Shown: positions 1-7,962 of the stretch, piece after piece
How the letters are laid out: the number at the start of each line of letters is the position of its first letter
Numbering within the stretch: the first letter of the stretch is position 1
Assembly (NCBI GenBank): GCA_014696615.1
Contig: JACJQJ010000063.1
Location: 1-32,000 of the forward strand
Origin: Nostoc linckia FACHB-104
GTDB taxonomy: Bacteria; Cyanobacteriota; Cyanobacteriia; Cyanobacteriales; Nostocaceae
Direction of reading: 5' to 3'
Length of the DNA: 32,000 bases
Translations under genes and position numbers: made by a program
The notes under the pieces: model-generated
The model's input: only the letters and a program-made list of their open reading frames with translations
What the model was told of the DNA's origin: nothing
The model's database searches: none

Positions 1-55
1 GGACGCAGGGTGGCCGCCCATGTGGGGGGACTGTGCGTATTGGGCTGCTACTGCC
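1..55. repeat. Partial GC-rich element related to the 16721-16847 palindromic element
   Basis: GGGTGGC...(A/G)TGTGGGGGG...CTG..GCGT..TGGGCT..ACT.CCA appears in the same order as in 16737-16788. It is GC-rich within AT-rich surroundings and is cut by the window edge. Confidence 0.35.
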
Positions 56-311
56 AATCAAACGGGTGTGAGAATTAGCCGTTGGTTGGCATGGTAAATT
101 TTACAGTGAGAATTTTGTGATAACTGTGTAATTTTTTTTGGTAACTCTTTGTGAGTTATCTTACAAGCTATTGGTAATAAAGGTTCAATTATTTACGTTA
201 ATATCTATTGCTTATTATTAATTAATTTTAGTCAGAGATTATACCTGCCTTTAGATAGATGCTCTTTAAGAAGATAAAGTTTTAAACCATTACATTAGTT
301 GGGTTTTACTC

Positions 312-851
312 GTGACTAAAGATAGTATTCCTAAATCTAAAATTCCTGAAGCTCTTTCTGCTTTACGCTCTTTGGGTGCTAAGGAATTGGATGAGATTCC
401 AGCACGCGCAGCTATTAAAAAGATGCGTCGTCAAATTGAACGGGTGCTTCGTCTTGGCTATTCTTATCAGGAAGTTTCTGAAACTTTGGCAGGCTTGGAT
501 ATCAATATCAGTGCTGAACGTATCCGTTATTTACTTAACGATATTAAGAAGTCTACTCGCAAAAAGTCTGTCACTTCTACAATTGGTGAGAATCCCAATA
601 CACAAGTTGTTGATGAATCTGACCGGGGTGAAAATTCTGTAACTGAGTCTAGTGATTCTCAGTCGGCTACAAAATCTCAAGTTAAATCACAACCACAATC
701 AAAATCTAAAACTGCATCTGCCAAGGCTAAATCAAATTTAACTACGACTCCTAAAAATACTAAACAAAGAGATGAGTTGAAAGTTAGTTCAAACCGAAAT
801 AATTCTGGGTTGGCTTTTCAACCTGAATTGATTAGAGATGAGGATTTGTAA
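312..851 (+). CDS. Hypothetical protein, possible DNA-binding partner of the downstream ParA-like ATPase
   Basis: 179-aa ORF with a GTG start and no clear SD, so the start is uncertain. Its TAA stop abuts the ATG of the next gene. The N-terminal part is basic and helical (IPARAAIKKMRRQIERVLRLGYSYQEVSETL), followed by an S/T/K/Q-rich tail. The function is inferred from position only. Confidence 0.5.
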   Translation: MTKDSIPKSKIPEALSALRSLGAKELDEIPARAAIKKMRRQIERVLRLGYSYQEVSETLAGLDINISAERIRYLLNDIKKSTRKKSVTSTIGENPNTQVVDESDRGENSVTESSDSQSATKSQVKSQPQSKSKTASAKAKSNLTTTPKNTKQRDELKVSSNRNNSGLAFQPELIRDEDL

Positions 852-1631
852 ATGGCAGTTAAATCAAAGCTTCCTGCTGATGGAGTTACTCAAGAAAAAC
901 CAAGTACTCCACTAAAATCTATTGGGCGTTTGGTGTTGGTGACTGGTGATAAAGGAGGGACTGGTAAAAGTGTGGTGGCAAGGATTCTCCTTGATATTTA
1001 CCGTCACAGAAATATCAACTGCATTGCTTATGAGTGTGACAAGTCGAATCCGCAGCTTTATCGTCACTACAATAAGTTAGAACCTGGGGTGCGAACACTC
1101 AAACTAAATCAGCGTGGTGGTGCTGATGCTTTGCAGGATGATTTGAAGTGTTTTTCTCCTCAAGTTTCACTTGTTGATTTGCCGGCTGGGGCTGCGGAAT
1201 ATTTTGAGTCGGTGGCTAAGGATATTTTTTTGTTTCAAAATGCCCAGCGTTTGGGTTATCGCATCACTATGGTGTCGGTTTTGGGTCGGGTGAAGGATAG
1301 TCTGTTGCAGTTAAAGCGGTTGATGGATTTCTGCGGCGACAAGGTTGATTATGTGGTGGTGAAAAATCTTTACTGGGGTGATGAGCATAAGTTTACTCGC
1401 TACAACAATTCTAAGGTGAAGCAGTCTGTTGAAGCTCTGGGGGCGGTGGAACTGTTATTGCCTGAGTTATATGACGATATTTTTGATTTGATTGACTCGA
1501 AGGATTTGACTTTTAGGGAAGCGCTGGAACATGAGGATTTCAGTTTGAGTAATCAATCTCGTATTTACGGCTGGATTGATGCGGTTGAAACTGAGTTCTC
1601 TAAGGCGGCTTTCGAGTTGGGGTTAGAGTAA
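852..1631 (+). CDS. ParA/MinD-superfamily P-loop ATPase (TraL/MobD-like)
   Basis: Deviant Walker A VTGDKGGTGKS near the N-terminus and a hydrophobic strand plus Asp (VSLVDLPAG). The 259-aa size is typical, and the gene is tightly packed with both neighbours. Confidence 0.8.
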   Translation: MAVKSKLPADGVTQEKPSTPLKSIGRLVLVTGDKGGTGKSVVARILLDIYRHRNINCIAYECDKSNPQLYRHYNKLEPGVRTLKLNQRGGADALQDDLKCFSPQVSLVDLPAGAAEYFESVAKDIFLFQNAQRLGYRITMVSVLGRVKDSLLQLKRLMDFCGDKVDYVVVKNLYWGDEHKFTRYNNSKVKQSVEALGAVELLLPELYDDIFDLIDSKDLTFREALEHEDFSLSNQSRIYGWIDAVETEFSKAAFELGLE

Positions 1632-2377
1632 TGGCGATCGCAAATGGTAAAGGTAATGGGGGAGTCTCCCATTTAGATAGGTTGCTGTCAGAAAAATCAC
1701 CGGAATTTCAAGCGAAAGTGCTGCGGTTTGCGTTGGATTCTGGGATGAAGCAGGATGACCCAGCATTTAGATTGGTGCAGTACATCGGGTATTTGGCACA
1801 GCTGACAGAAACTGCACCAAATGATTGGAAGTTATTGTTTGAAAATTTACAGGTGGAGTTAAATCAATGGAGTCAACTGACGGCGGAGCAATTGAAGACT
1901 CAAGCCGACCACACGGAGAATATCAAATCTTTAGCGACCAGTTGCAATCAGCTCGCGACAGCCTTGAGCGCTTTAAATGCAACGTCACAGCAACAACTAG
2001 AGCTATTGAAGAACTTAACCAATCTCTCCAATTATTGGAGCAATACCGGGAACATCCACACAGAGAAGTTGATTGCACCATTGAGAGAGGAATTGAAGCA
2101 GATGAAGAATATGATATCGAGCCATCAATTGAGCCACAGCGCCGCCGTGGATTTGGCCGCTAAAAATTGGGTGAGGGCTGCTTTTGTTTCGCTTTTCACT
2201 CCGATTACGTTTTTTATTCTGTTTACGATTTATTCACGCTTTTTTCCTCTGAGTCTGCCTTATGAGGCTCAAACTTCTTTGGAGAAGATTGAACAGCAGA
2301 CTGGTTGGACTAATACTAAGCTGAAACGGGTTGAGAGAAATTTGGGGACTGATCCTAATCAAGGGCGACGGCGGTAA
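1631..2377 (+). CDS. Hypothetical coiled-coil protein with C-terminal membrane segment
   Basis: TAATG stop/start overlap with the ParA-like gene. The centre is Q/L/E-rich and helical, with the hydrophobic stretch AAFVSLFTPITFFILFTIY near the C-terminus. Confidence 0.6.
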   Translation: MAIANGKGNGGVSHLDRLLSEKSPEFQAKVLRFALDSGMKQDDPAFRLVQYIGYLAQLTETAPNDWKLLFENLQVELNQWSQLTAEQLKTQADHTENIKSLATSCNQLATALSALNATSQQQLELLKNLTNLSNYWSNTGNIHTEKLIAPLREELKQMKNMISSHQLSHSAAVDLAAKNWVRAAFVSLFTPITFFILFTIYSRFFPLSLPYEAQTSLEKIEQQTGWTNTKLKRVERNLGTDPNQGRRR

Positions 2378-2380
2378 AAG

Positions 2381-2415
2381 CACAGTTGTTTACTAGCCAA
2401 TTTTTAACAACTGTG
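2381..2415 (+). terminator. Hairpin after the par-like operon (10-bp stem, 15-nt loop)
   Basis: cacagttgtt (2381-2390) pairs with aacaactgtg (2406-2415), starting 4 nt after the stop codon. No clear T-tract follows. Confidence 0.3.
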
Positions 2416-2569
2416 TCTGCATTACACGTTGTAGCCTAATCCTGTAATGTTGCATGAATTATGAGCCTAAACAATAAGCTAAAAAGAGATTTCTTCCATT
2501 AATTGCGTAATTGAGAACAGAAACAATATATTAATAGTAAAATCGGATGCCGCGCTTAAGAGGTAGTAG

Positions 2570-2992
2570 ATGGAGCCATTAACTGCTGGTGCGATCGCTT
2601 TCACAACTTGGGTAGTGGGTAAAATCATTGACTGGTCAACAGACAAAACCTTCGATATAGCTTCAGAAAGGCTGATGCAACTCCTGAAGCAGAGATTGCC
2701 AGATACAGCCAAAGCCTTAACGTTGGCTAAGGAAAACGCCGTCTTACCACCAGGCGAAAGAGAAGATATTGGTGAAGCTGTTTTGGTAGAAGAAGTGAAA
2801 AAGGCAGCAGCCACAGACCCAGAAATTAAAGCAGCAGTAGAAGCTTTAGGAAATGATATCAATCAAGCTGTAGCGGAGAATCCCGAAGTAGAAAAGCGGT
2901 TAACAACTGTGATTGAAAATTGGCAAGGAATAAATATTAAAGGCGGAAAGCCAACTATCAAGAACAACACCCTTATGTTTGGCAGCAAATGA
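2570..2992 (+). CDS. Small Bell/HeLo-like candidate effector with a C-terminal motif shared with the adjacent NLR
   Basis: GAGG Shine-Dalgarno upstream. N-terminal hydrophobic helix AGAIAFTTWVVGKII, then a helical region of about 90 aa. The C-terminal ENWQGINIKGGKPTIKNNTLMFG is repeated at the N-terminus of the next protein. ATGA stop/start overlap at 2989-2992. Confidence 0.65.
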   Translation: MEPLTAGAIAFTTWVVGKIIDWSTDKTFDIASERLMQLLKQRLPDTAKALTLAKENAVLPPGEREDIGEAVLVEEVKKAAATDPEIKAAVEALGNDINQAVAENPEVEKRLTTVIENWQGINIKGGKPTIKNNTLMFGSK

Positions 2993-5424
2993 CTAGCGAA
3001 AATTGGCAAGGGATAAATATCAAAGGCGGAAAGCCGATTATCAAGAACAATACATTCATCTTTGAGCCGCTTAAACAAAATCCCCCAAATAATATTCTAT
3101 ATTACGGTTCAGATAACTTTGTTGGTAGGGAGTCTGAACTCAGCCAACTAGATGAAAAGTTAAAAAAACCAGAGATAGTAGCAATTTCGGCTGTCTCTGG
3201 GATGGGTGGAGTTGGCAAAACCGAATTAGCAGTCAGATATGCACGTCAACATGAAGCCGATTATCCTGGTGGAATTTGTTGGTTAAATGCTAGAGACTCA
3301 AATTTAGCTGCGGAGATTGTGCATTTTGCCCAGTTCCGAATGGGATTAGAAGTGCCACACGAAGTAGGAGGAAGACCACTCAATCACATACAACAAGTAG
3401 AGTGGTGTTGGCAGAATTGGCAACCACTATCGGGATTGGTATTGGTCATCTTAGATGATGTTACTGACTTAAGGAGTTGTCGAGAATTACTACCAAAGGC
3501 TAATCGCTTTCGTATTTTGATAACAACAAGGTTACTACGACTAGACACTAATTTTACTGAAATATCATTGGGTACCTTGTCATCAGAAGAAGCTTTGAAA
3601 CTTTTGAGTGGTGTTTTGGGTGATGAAGACAGACGAGTACAACGAGAACCGCAAGCTGCTCAAGAGTTATGTCGATGGTTGGGTTTTCTGCCTTTAGGGT
3701 TGGAGTTGGTAAGTAAATATTTGGGTGAAGATCCTGATTTATCTTTAGAAAAGTTGTTACAACGGTTGAAAGCACAGAAATTAGAAGAAGAAGCTATCAA
3801 CCCTTCAGAGGAACAACTACAAGCAACTGAGATGACTGCTAAACGAGGAGTTTTAGCAGCGTTTGAATTAAGCTGGAAAGAACTGAACCCAATGACACAA
3901 CGTGTAGGTCAGTTGTTGAGCTTATTTGCACTGGATGTAATTCCTTGGAAACTTGTAGAGGTTGTTACTCAACATTTATATTGGGCAAACGTAGAAGTGG
4001 ACTCTGCAAAAAAGCATTTTTACAAGCGCCACTTTATTCAAAGACTGGTAGAAAAAGAAAACTGTTATAAAATTCATCCTTTGATTCGTGAGTTTTTGCA
4101 AACAAAGTTAACAGAATCGCAGGAGCAGAATGAGCTTAAAAAGTTCTTTACCAAAGCATTCGCAGAAATTACACAGGAAATTCCTGAGTCACTAAATCGT
4201 AATTTAATTGAGTCAATTAAAGATACTATTCCCCACTTAATAGAAATCGCCAGAAATTTAAACTCTGCATTAAGTAACGAAGACTTAAGTTGGATTTTTG
4301 TAGGGTTAACTAGATTCTATGAAAGCCAAGGATTTTATAAAGATGCTCAAAACTGGTGTGAGCAGCGCTTATCAATATCTAAACAACGCCTTGGAGAAGA
4401 ACATACAGATATAGCAGACTGCTATAATAGTTTAAGCTTAGTTTGTTATTTTCAAGGCTCTTTTAAAGAAGCTGAACAATATTCTAAAGAAGCATTGAGA
4501 ATTAGACAAAAATTATTAGATAAAAATCATCTTGACCTGTCTCAAAGTTTACACAACTTAGGTACAATCTGTTATCATAAAAATTCTTATTTTGAAGCTG
4601 AATCTTTATTTAAACAAGCTCTAAAAATTAGGATTAAACATTTTATACAAAAAGGTAATTTTTCTCTTATAAACTTAGATTATTTACAGTCTTTCTTAGA
4701 TGAAGGTATAAACAGTGCAAGTTTAAATGTACAATCGTCATTTATATTAGAAACTTTTAATTTTAAAGGTTTATTTCTTAATAGAAGATACTCTATTATT
4801 GATTATTTTCTAAGTAGCTTTGATTCTGACAGTAATAATCAAGATAATTTAATATTGTATCTAGCTGAAAGTTTAAACAACTTAGCTGCAATAAATCGTT
4901 TTCATCAACGCTTAATAGATTCAGAAATATTATTAATACAATCTTTAAAACTACGAGTTTACTTTTTTAAAAATTTTCATATATCAGTAGTTGAAGCTCT
5001 TAACAATTTAGCTGGTATTTATCAAATACAAGGCTACTATGTACAAGCAGAAAACTTACTAACACAAGTATTAAAAATGAGAAGAAAATTTTTTAGGAAG
5101 GGACACCCATTTGTCCTTGAAAGTATGAATAACTTAGCTGATATCTATCAGAAACAAGGAAGACATAGAGAAGCTGAATGTCTATTTAAAAAAGCATTAG
5201 ACTTAGGGTTAAGAGAAAATCCACAAAACCAAGCTAAATTAACTTTAGCTTATATTCAAAATAACTTAGCTGTAATTTATGCTAAAGAAGAAGAATATCA
5301 AAAAGCGTATGAGCTAATAACTCAAGCGTTAGAAGTTTTTAAAAAAATTTTAGGAGAAACTCATCCTACTACGCTATCTACTTACTCAAGCTTTAATACA
5401 ATACAGCGCTTTCGTGGTGCGTGA
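2989..5424 (+). CDS. NB-ARC (STAND) NTPase with C-terminal TPR array (bacterial NLR-like)
   Basis: P-loop GMGGVGKTELA, Walker B LVLVILDDV, ILITTR, and a GLPL-like LGFLPLGLELV. Kinesin-light-chain-type TPRs follow (NSLSLVCYFQGSFKEAEQYSKEALRIRQK, LNNLADIYQKQGRHREAECLFKKAL). The N-terminal ENWQGINIKGGKPIIKNNTFIF motif precedes the NTPase domain. Confidence 0.9.
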   Translation: MTSENWQGINIKGGKPIIKNNTFIFEPLKQNPPNNILYYGSDNFVGRESELSQLDEKLKKPEIVAISAVSGMGGVGKTELAVRYARQHEADYPGGICWLNARDSNLAAEIVHFAQFRMGLEVPHEVGGRPLNHIQQVEWCWQNWQPLSGLVLVILDDVTDLRSCRELLPKANRFRILITTRLLRLDTNFTEISLGTLSSEEALKLLSGVLGDEDRRVQREPQAAQELCRWLGFLPLGLELVSKYLGEDPDLSLEKLLQRLKAQKLEEEAINPSEEQLQATEMTAKRGVLAAFELSWKELNPMTQRVGQLLSLFALDVIPWKLVEVVTQHLYWANVEVDSAKKHFYKRHFIQRLVEKENCYKIHPLIREFLQTKLTESQEQNELKKFFTKAFAEITQEIPESLNRNLIESIKDTIPHLIEIARNLNSALSNEDLSWIFVGLTRFYESQGFYKDAQNWCEQRLSISKQRLGEEHTDIADCYNSLSLVCYFQGSFKEAEQYSKEALRIRQKLLDKNHLDLSQSLHNLGTICYHKNSYFEAESLFKQALKIRIKHFIQKGNFSLINLDYLQSFLDEGINSASLNVQSSFILETFNFKGLFLNRRYSIIDYFLSSFDSDSNNQDNLILYLAESLNNLAAINRFHQRLIDSEILLIQSLKLRVYFFKNFHISVVEALNNLAGIYQIQGYYVQAENLLTQVLKMRRKFFRKGHPFVLESMNNLADIYQKQGRHREAECLFKKALDLGLRENPQNQAKLTLAYIQNNLAVIYAKEEEYQKAYELITQALEVFKKILGETHPTTLSTYSSFNTIQRFRGA

Positions 5425-5477
5425 GGTACATTAGTAGGGGCGAACGCCGTTCGCCCTTGGACTATTGGTGTACCTCA
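5422..5477. repeat. Nested GC-rich hairpin (REP-like palindromic element) overlapping the NLR stop codon
   Basis: Outer arms tgaggtaca (5422-5430) and tgtacctca (5469-5477). Inner hairpin GGGCGAA-cgccg-TTCGCCC (5438-5456). Confidence 0.5.
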
Positions 5478-5523
5478 TGTGTCTCAAAACTGCTGTATTT
5501 TTAAAATTTAAATCTGGTCAATA

Positions 5524-5553
5524 AACCACTTGAAAGTCAATTTTCAAGTGGTT
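5524..5553. terminator. Bidirectional terminator-like hairpin between convergent genes
   Basis: aaccacttgaaa (5524-5535) pairs with tttcaagtggtt (5542-5553): a 12-bp stem, 6-nt loop and A/T-rich flanks. It lies between the + strand NLR gene and the - strand 573-aa gene. Confidence 0.5.
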
Positions 5554-5627
5554 CAATAAATACTAAATCAGCAGCTTAGTTATTAAAAGCGATTATGCTA
5601 ATCAACCTTAATAATATTATCTGCAAA

Positions 5628-7349
5628 TTATTGTGCCTTTAATCTTGCTTTTAAATCGCTCTCTAACTTGATTAACTCTTCCTTGTGAGATGGTGTTTTG
5701 GCTAATCTGACATAAGAGGAAAGCAAGCGCAGACGATCCGAGCGCCATTTAGGTTCTTTAAGCCCTACTAGATAAGCAAACCGTCCATATAACCACGCTG
5801 CATCTATAGATTTAGCAACATAATAATCATAAACCCCAAGTCTAGCTCTTGCTGTATTTGCTTCCCAATTTCGCAACTCTCTAGAAGGACAAGCAGATGG
5901 ATCTTTCACACATTTTGTCAAATAACTGTCAATTTGATCATAGGCTTCTGTTACAGCTACAGCTGTTAATACGGCCATACTATAACGTAGTGATTCTGCC
6001 CAAGATTTTTCTATTCCCTGACGGTTCAAGAGATCACTTAGAAACATTCCCATCTTTGCAACTTCAAGGCTGTCAACTGGGTATTCTTTTGAAAGTTTCA
6101 TAGCTTTAGCTAAACTCTGGTCAGCTTTTTTTAAGTTGTTAACTCCTCCTTCTTTGCCATAAATTACTGCTGCTGCTGCTTGTAAAAGAGCATCATCTGG
6201 AATGGATTGAGTTAAAAACTGCTTAGACGCTAATTGTATAGCTTGATTAGTTAATGAAGGTTTATACATCCCATTTTGTAAAGCATCATAAGCTGCTGCC
6301 CAAGCTTCAGGACTTTGACTTGGTTGAAAATCACGTAAATTAAGTTCTTGCCAACGTTTGTATAATTTTTGGGAGCCTTGAGGTTCTTTTTTTTGTGCCT
6401 GAGATACTCTTGACTCTAGTTTTATATACAGACTATTTAACTCAGGTTCTTCCTTAATGTCAGATTTAATTAAAAGATGTTGGCAACTATTTGGTTGCCG
6501 ACAAGCAGATCCTACAAGACCTAATACGGCTGTCACAGATGCTGCTCTATCTACAGCTGGCAAACTAGAGCGATATAAACTTGAGTTTTGCCTAACATCT
6601 TTTATCAAAGGTAAGTAAGGACGTTCTCCTATAGTTTGGTAACTAGAATTGACTTCTAAAGGATAACCACTCAAAGAACGAAATAAAACTTGAGAACCAA
6701 ACTCAAGTTTTACTAATCCTTCAGCTTGAGGATCAAAAGACATAAAGATTTGCGGCCAACTCAAGGGAGGTAATGCTTGCTGAGTTGGTAAAGCTTTGTA
6801 AGCTGTGTCAGTATTAAGTAAATTTAGAGCCTGTTCGTAAGGATGTATTGCACTGCCGGGTGGCATAGGCAAATAAGCTTGCACTAGCGCGGCAAATTCC
6901 AGATCGGCCGTTACTAACAGGTCTTGCAAGAAAGTAGTAGTTCGCAAAGCATTGCTTATGTATGTTTGCTGATCACCGTATGAAGTGGTTATAAAATTCC
7001 GATCAATAGACGTTTGGAAAACTAGGTCTTGATGTTTCTGTACTAATTCAACAGCTTCTTTGAGTTCAATAGAGCTAATTGGTACTTGCAAGCGCTTTCC
7101 TTGGAGATTTGCACTAAGATACCCATTGCTATAGGACAAATCTGAGGAGTTAAGTGGAAGCTTTGTCGTAATGTCTATTTGCAGTCCACCAATCGCTGTG
7201 CCTGGACTAGCTACTTCATCGCCTGCATACATAGAGTAAGCTATCCAGCGTACACTAAGATCACGAAGATTAGCGAGCGCTTTGTTGGAGAAAAATACTG
7301 CTACCAAGACGAAGACAGCTATCAAACGATAACTTGGAAAACGTCTCAT
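5628..7349 (-). CDS. Secreted hypothetical protein
   Basis: 573-aa ORF with an N-terminal signal-peptide-like MRRFPSYRLIAVFVLVAVFFSNKALA. I recognise no catalytic motif. Confidence 0.7.
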   Translation of the reverse strand: MRRFPSYRLIAVFVLVAVFFSNKALANLRDLSVRWIAYSMYAGDEVASPGTAIGGLQIDITTKLPLNSSDLSYSNGYLSANLQGKRLQVPISSIELKEAVELVQKHQDLVFQTSIDRNFITTSYGDQQTYISNALRTTTFLQDLLVTADLEFAALVQAYLPMPPGSAIHPYEQALNLLNTDTAYKALPTQQALPPLSWPQIFMSFDPQAEGLVKLEFGSQVLFRSLSGYPLEVNSSYQTIGERPYLPLIKDVRQNSSLYRSSLPAVDRAASVTAVLGLVGSACRQPNSCQHLLIKSDIKEEPELNSLYIKLESRVSQAQKKEPQGSQKLYKRWQELNLRDFQPSQSPEAWAAAYDALQNGMYKPSLTNQAIQLASKQFLTQSIPDDALLQAAAAVIYGKEGGVNNLKKADQSLAKAMKLSKEYPVDSLEVAKMGMFLSDLLNRQGIEKSWAESLRYSMAVLTAVAVTEAYDQIDSYLTKCVKDPSACPSRELRNWEANTARARLGVYDYYVAKSIDAAWLYGRFAYLVGLKEPKWRSDRLRLLSSYVRLAKTPSHKEELIKLESDLKARLKAQ

Positions 7350-7649
7350 TATTTAAGAATTTCCTTACTAGTGATTATACGTAAGTTTTGCACAAATTTA
7401 TCGCAGGTAAAAATGCAATGCGCCAAAGTACAAAGTGGCATATAAGTATTTTTATTTAGCCGTAGTTTTGAAGTTTTAATTTTTTGGTGGAGTTAAATTT
7501 TGTAAATCCTGTTTGATACTTAGATATATAGCTAAATCGAGAAAACTCTTTCTCTCTCTGGTGTGTGGGTTGCTTCGACAAACATAAGTTTCACGACATT
7601 TTACGGAACGGTGTTCTTCAGCTATTTTTGCGCTTCTTGTAAGGCACAT

Positions 7650-7860
7650 TTAGCAAATCAATCGCCCGTTTCTGGGACGCTTCCCCACGCCGATATACTT
7701 ACTTGTTGTACTTGGTGTCCTATGACCTGCAAGTTTCGCTACCGTGACGATATCTGCGCCAGCATCTAAATAGATTACCGATAAAAGTTCTTCTAAAATC
7801 ATAAGGTGTAAACGCATCCACATCAGCTTTCAGGTGACCGCCTTTAGGTACGACCGGGCA
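7650..7860 (-). pseudogene. Tyrosine recombinase C-terminal fragment, frameshifted
   Basis: The minus strand reads ..PVVPKGGHLKADVDAFTPYDFRRTFIGNL, then after a 1-nt frame change reads LDAGADIVTVAKLAGHRTPSTTSKY. These match the HxxR box and the catalytic Tyr box. Removing one T from the run (AAA on the + strand, 7768-7770) restores the frame. No N-terminal part is present. Confidence 0.55.
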
Positions 7861-7962
7861 ACAGCGATACGCAGTAATGGCTCTCAAAAACCTTTGAGAG
7901 TAAGGCTTTCATATCCAAAGTAAGTTAGGGCATTAAGACTGTTGCTTAATCCCGATTGTTCA

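Noticed and set aside
376-2163. Alternative-frame plus-strand ORFs 376-642 and 1867-2163
   Set aside because: They are nested in longer ORFs that are translationally coupled to their neighbours. The 852-1631 frame between them carries the P-loop.
2479-3078. Minus-strand ORFs 2479-2862 and 2863-3078
   Set aside because: They are antisense to the small-protein/NLR pair, which has an SD, ATGA coupling and the duplicated motif. The antisense products are A/S-rich or lack motifs.
7563-7769. 68-aa plus-strand ORF
   Set aside because: It lies antisense to the recombinase remnant. It is Cys-rich with no start context, and the region is better explained as a pseudogene on the minus strand.
7881-7900. 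Hairpin ctctcaaa-aacc-tttgagag downstream of the primase gene as a terminator
   Set aside because: No U-tract follows on the minus strand, and the hairpin lies in the degraded recombinase region.
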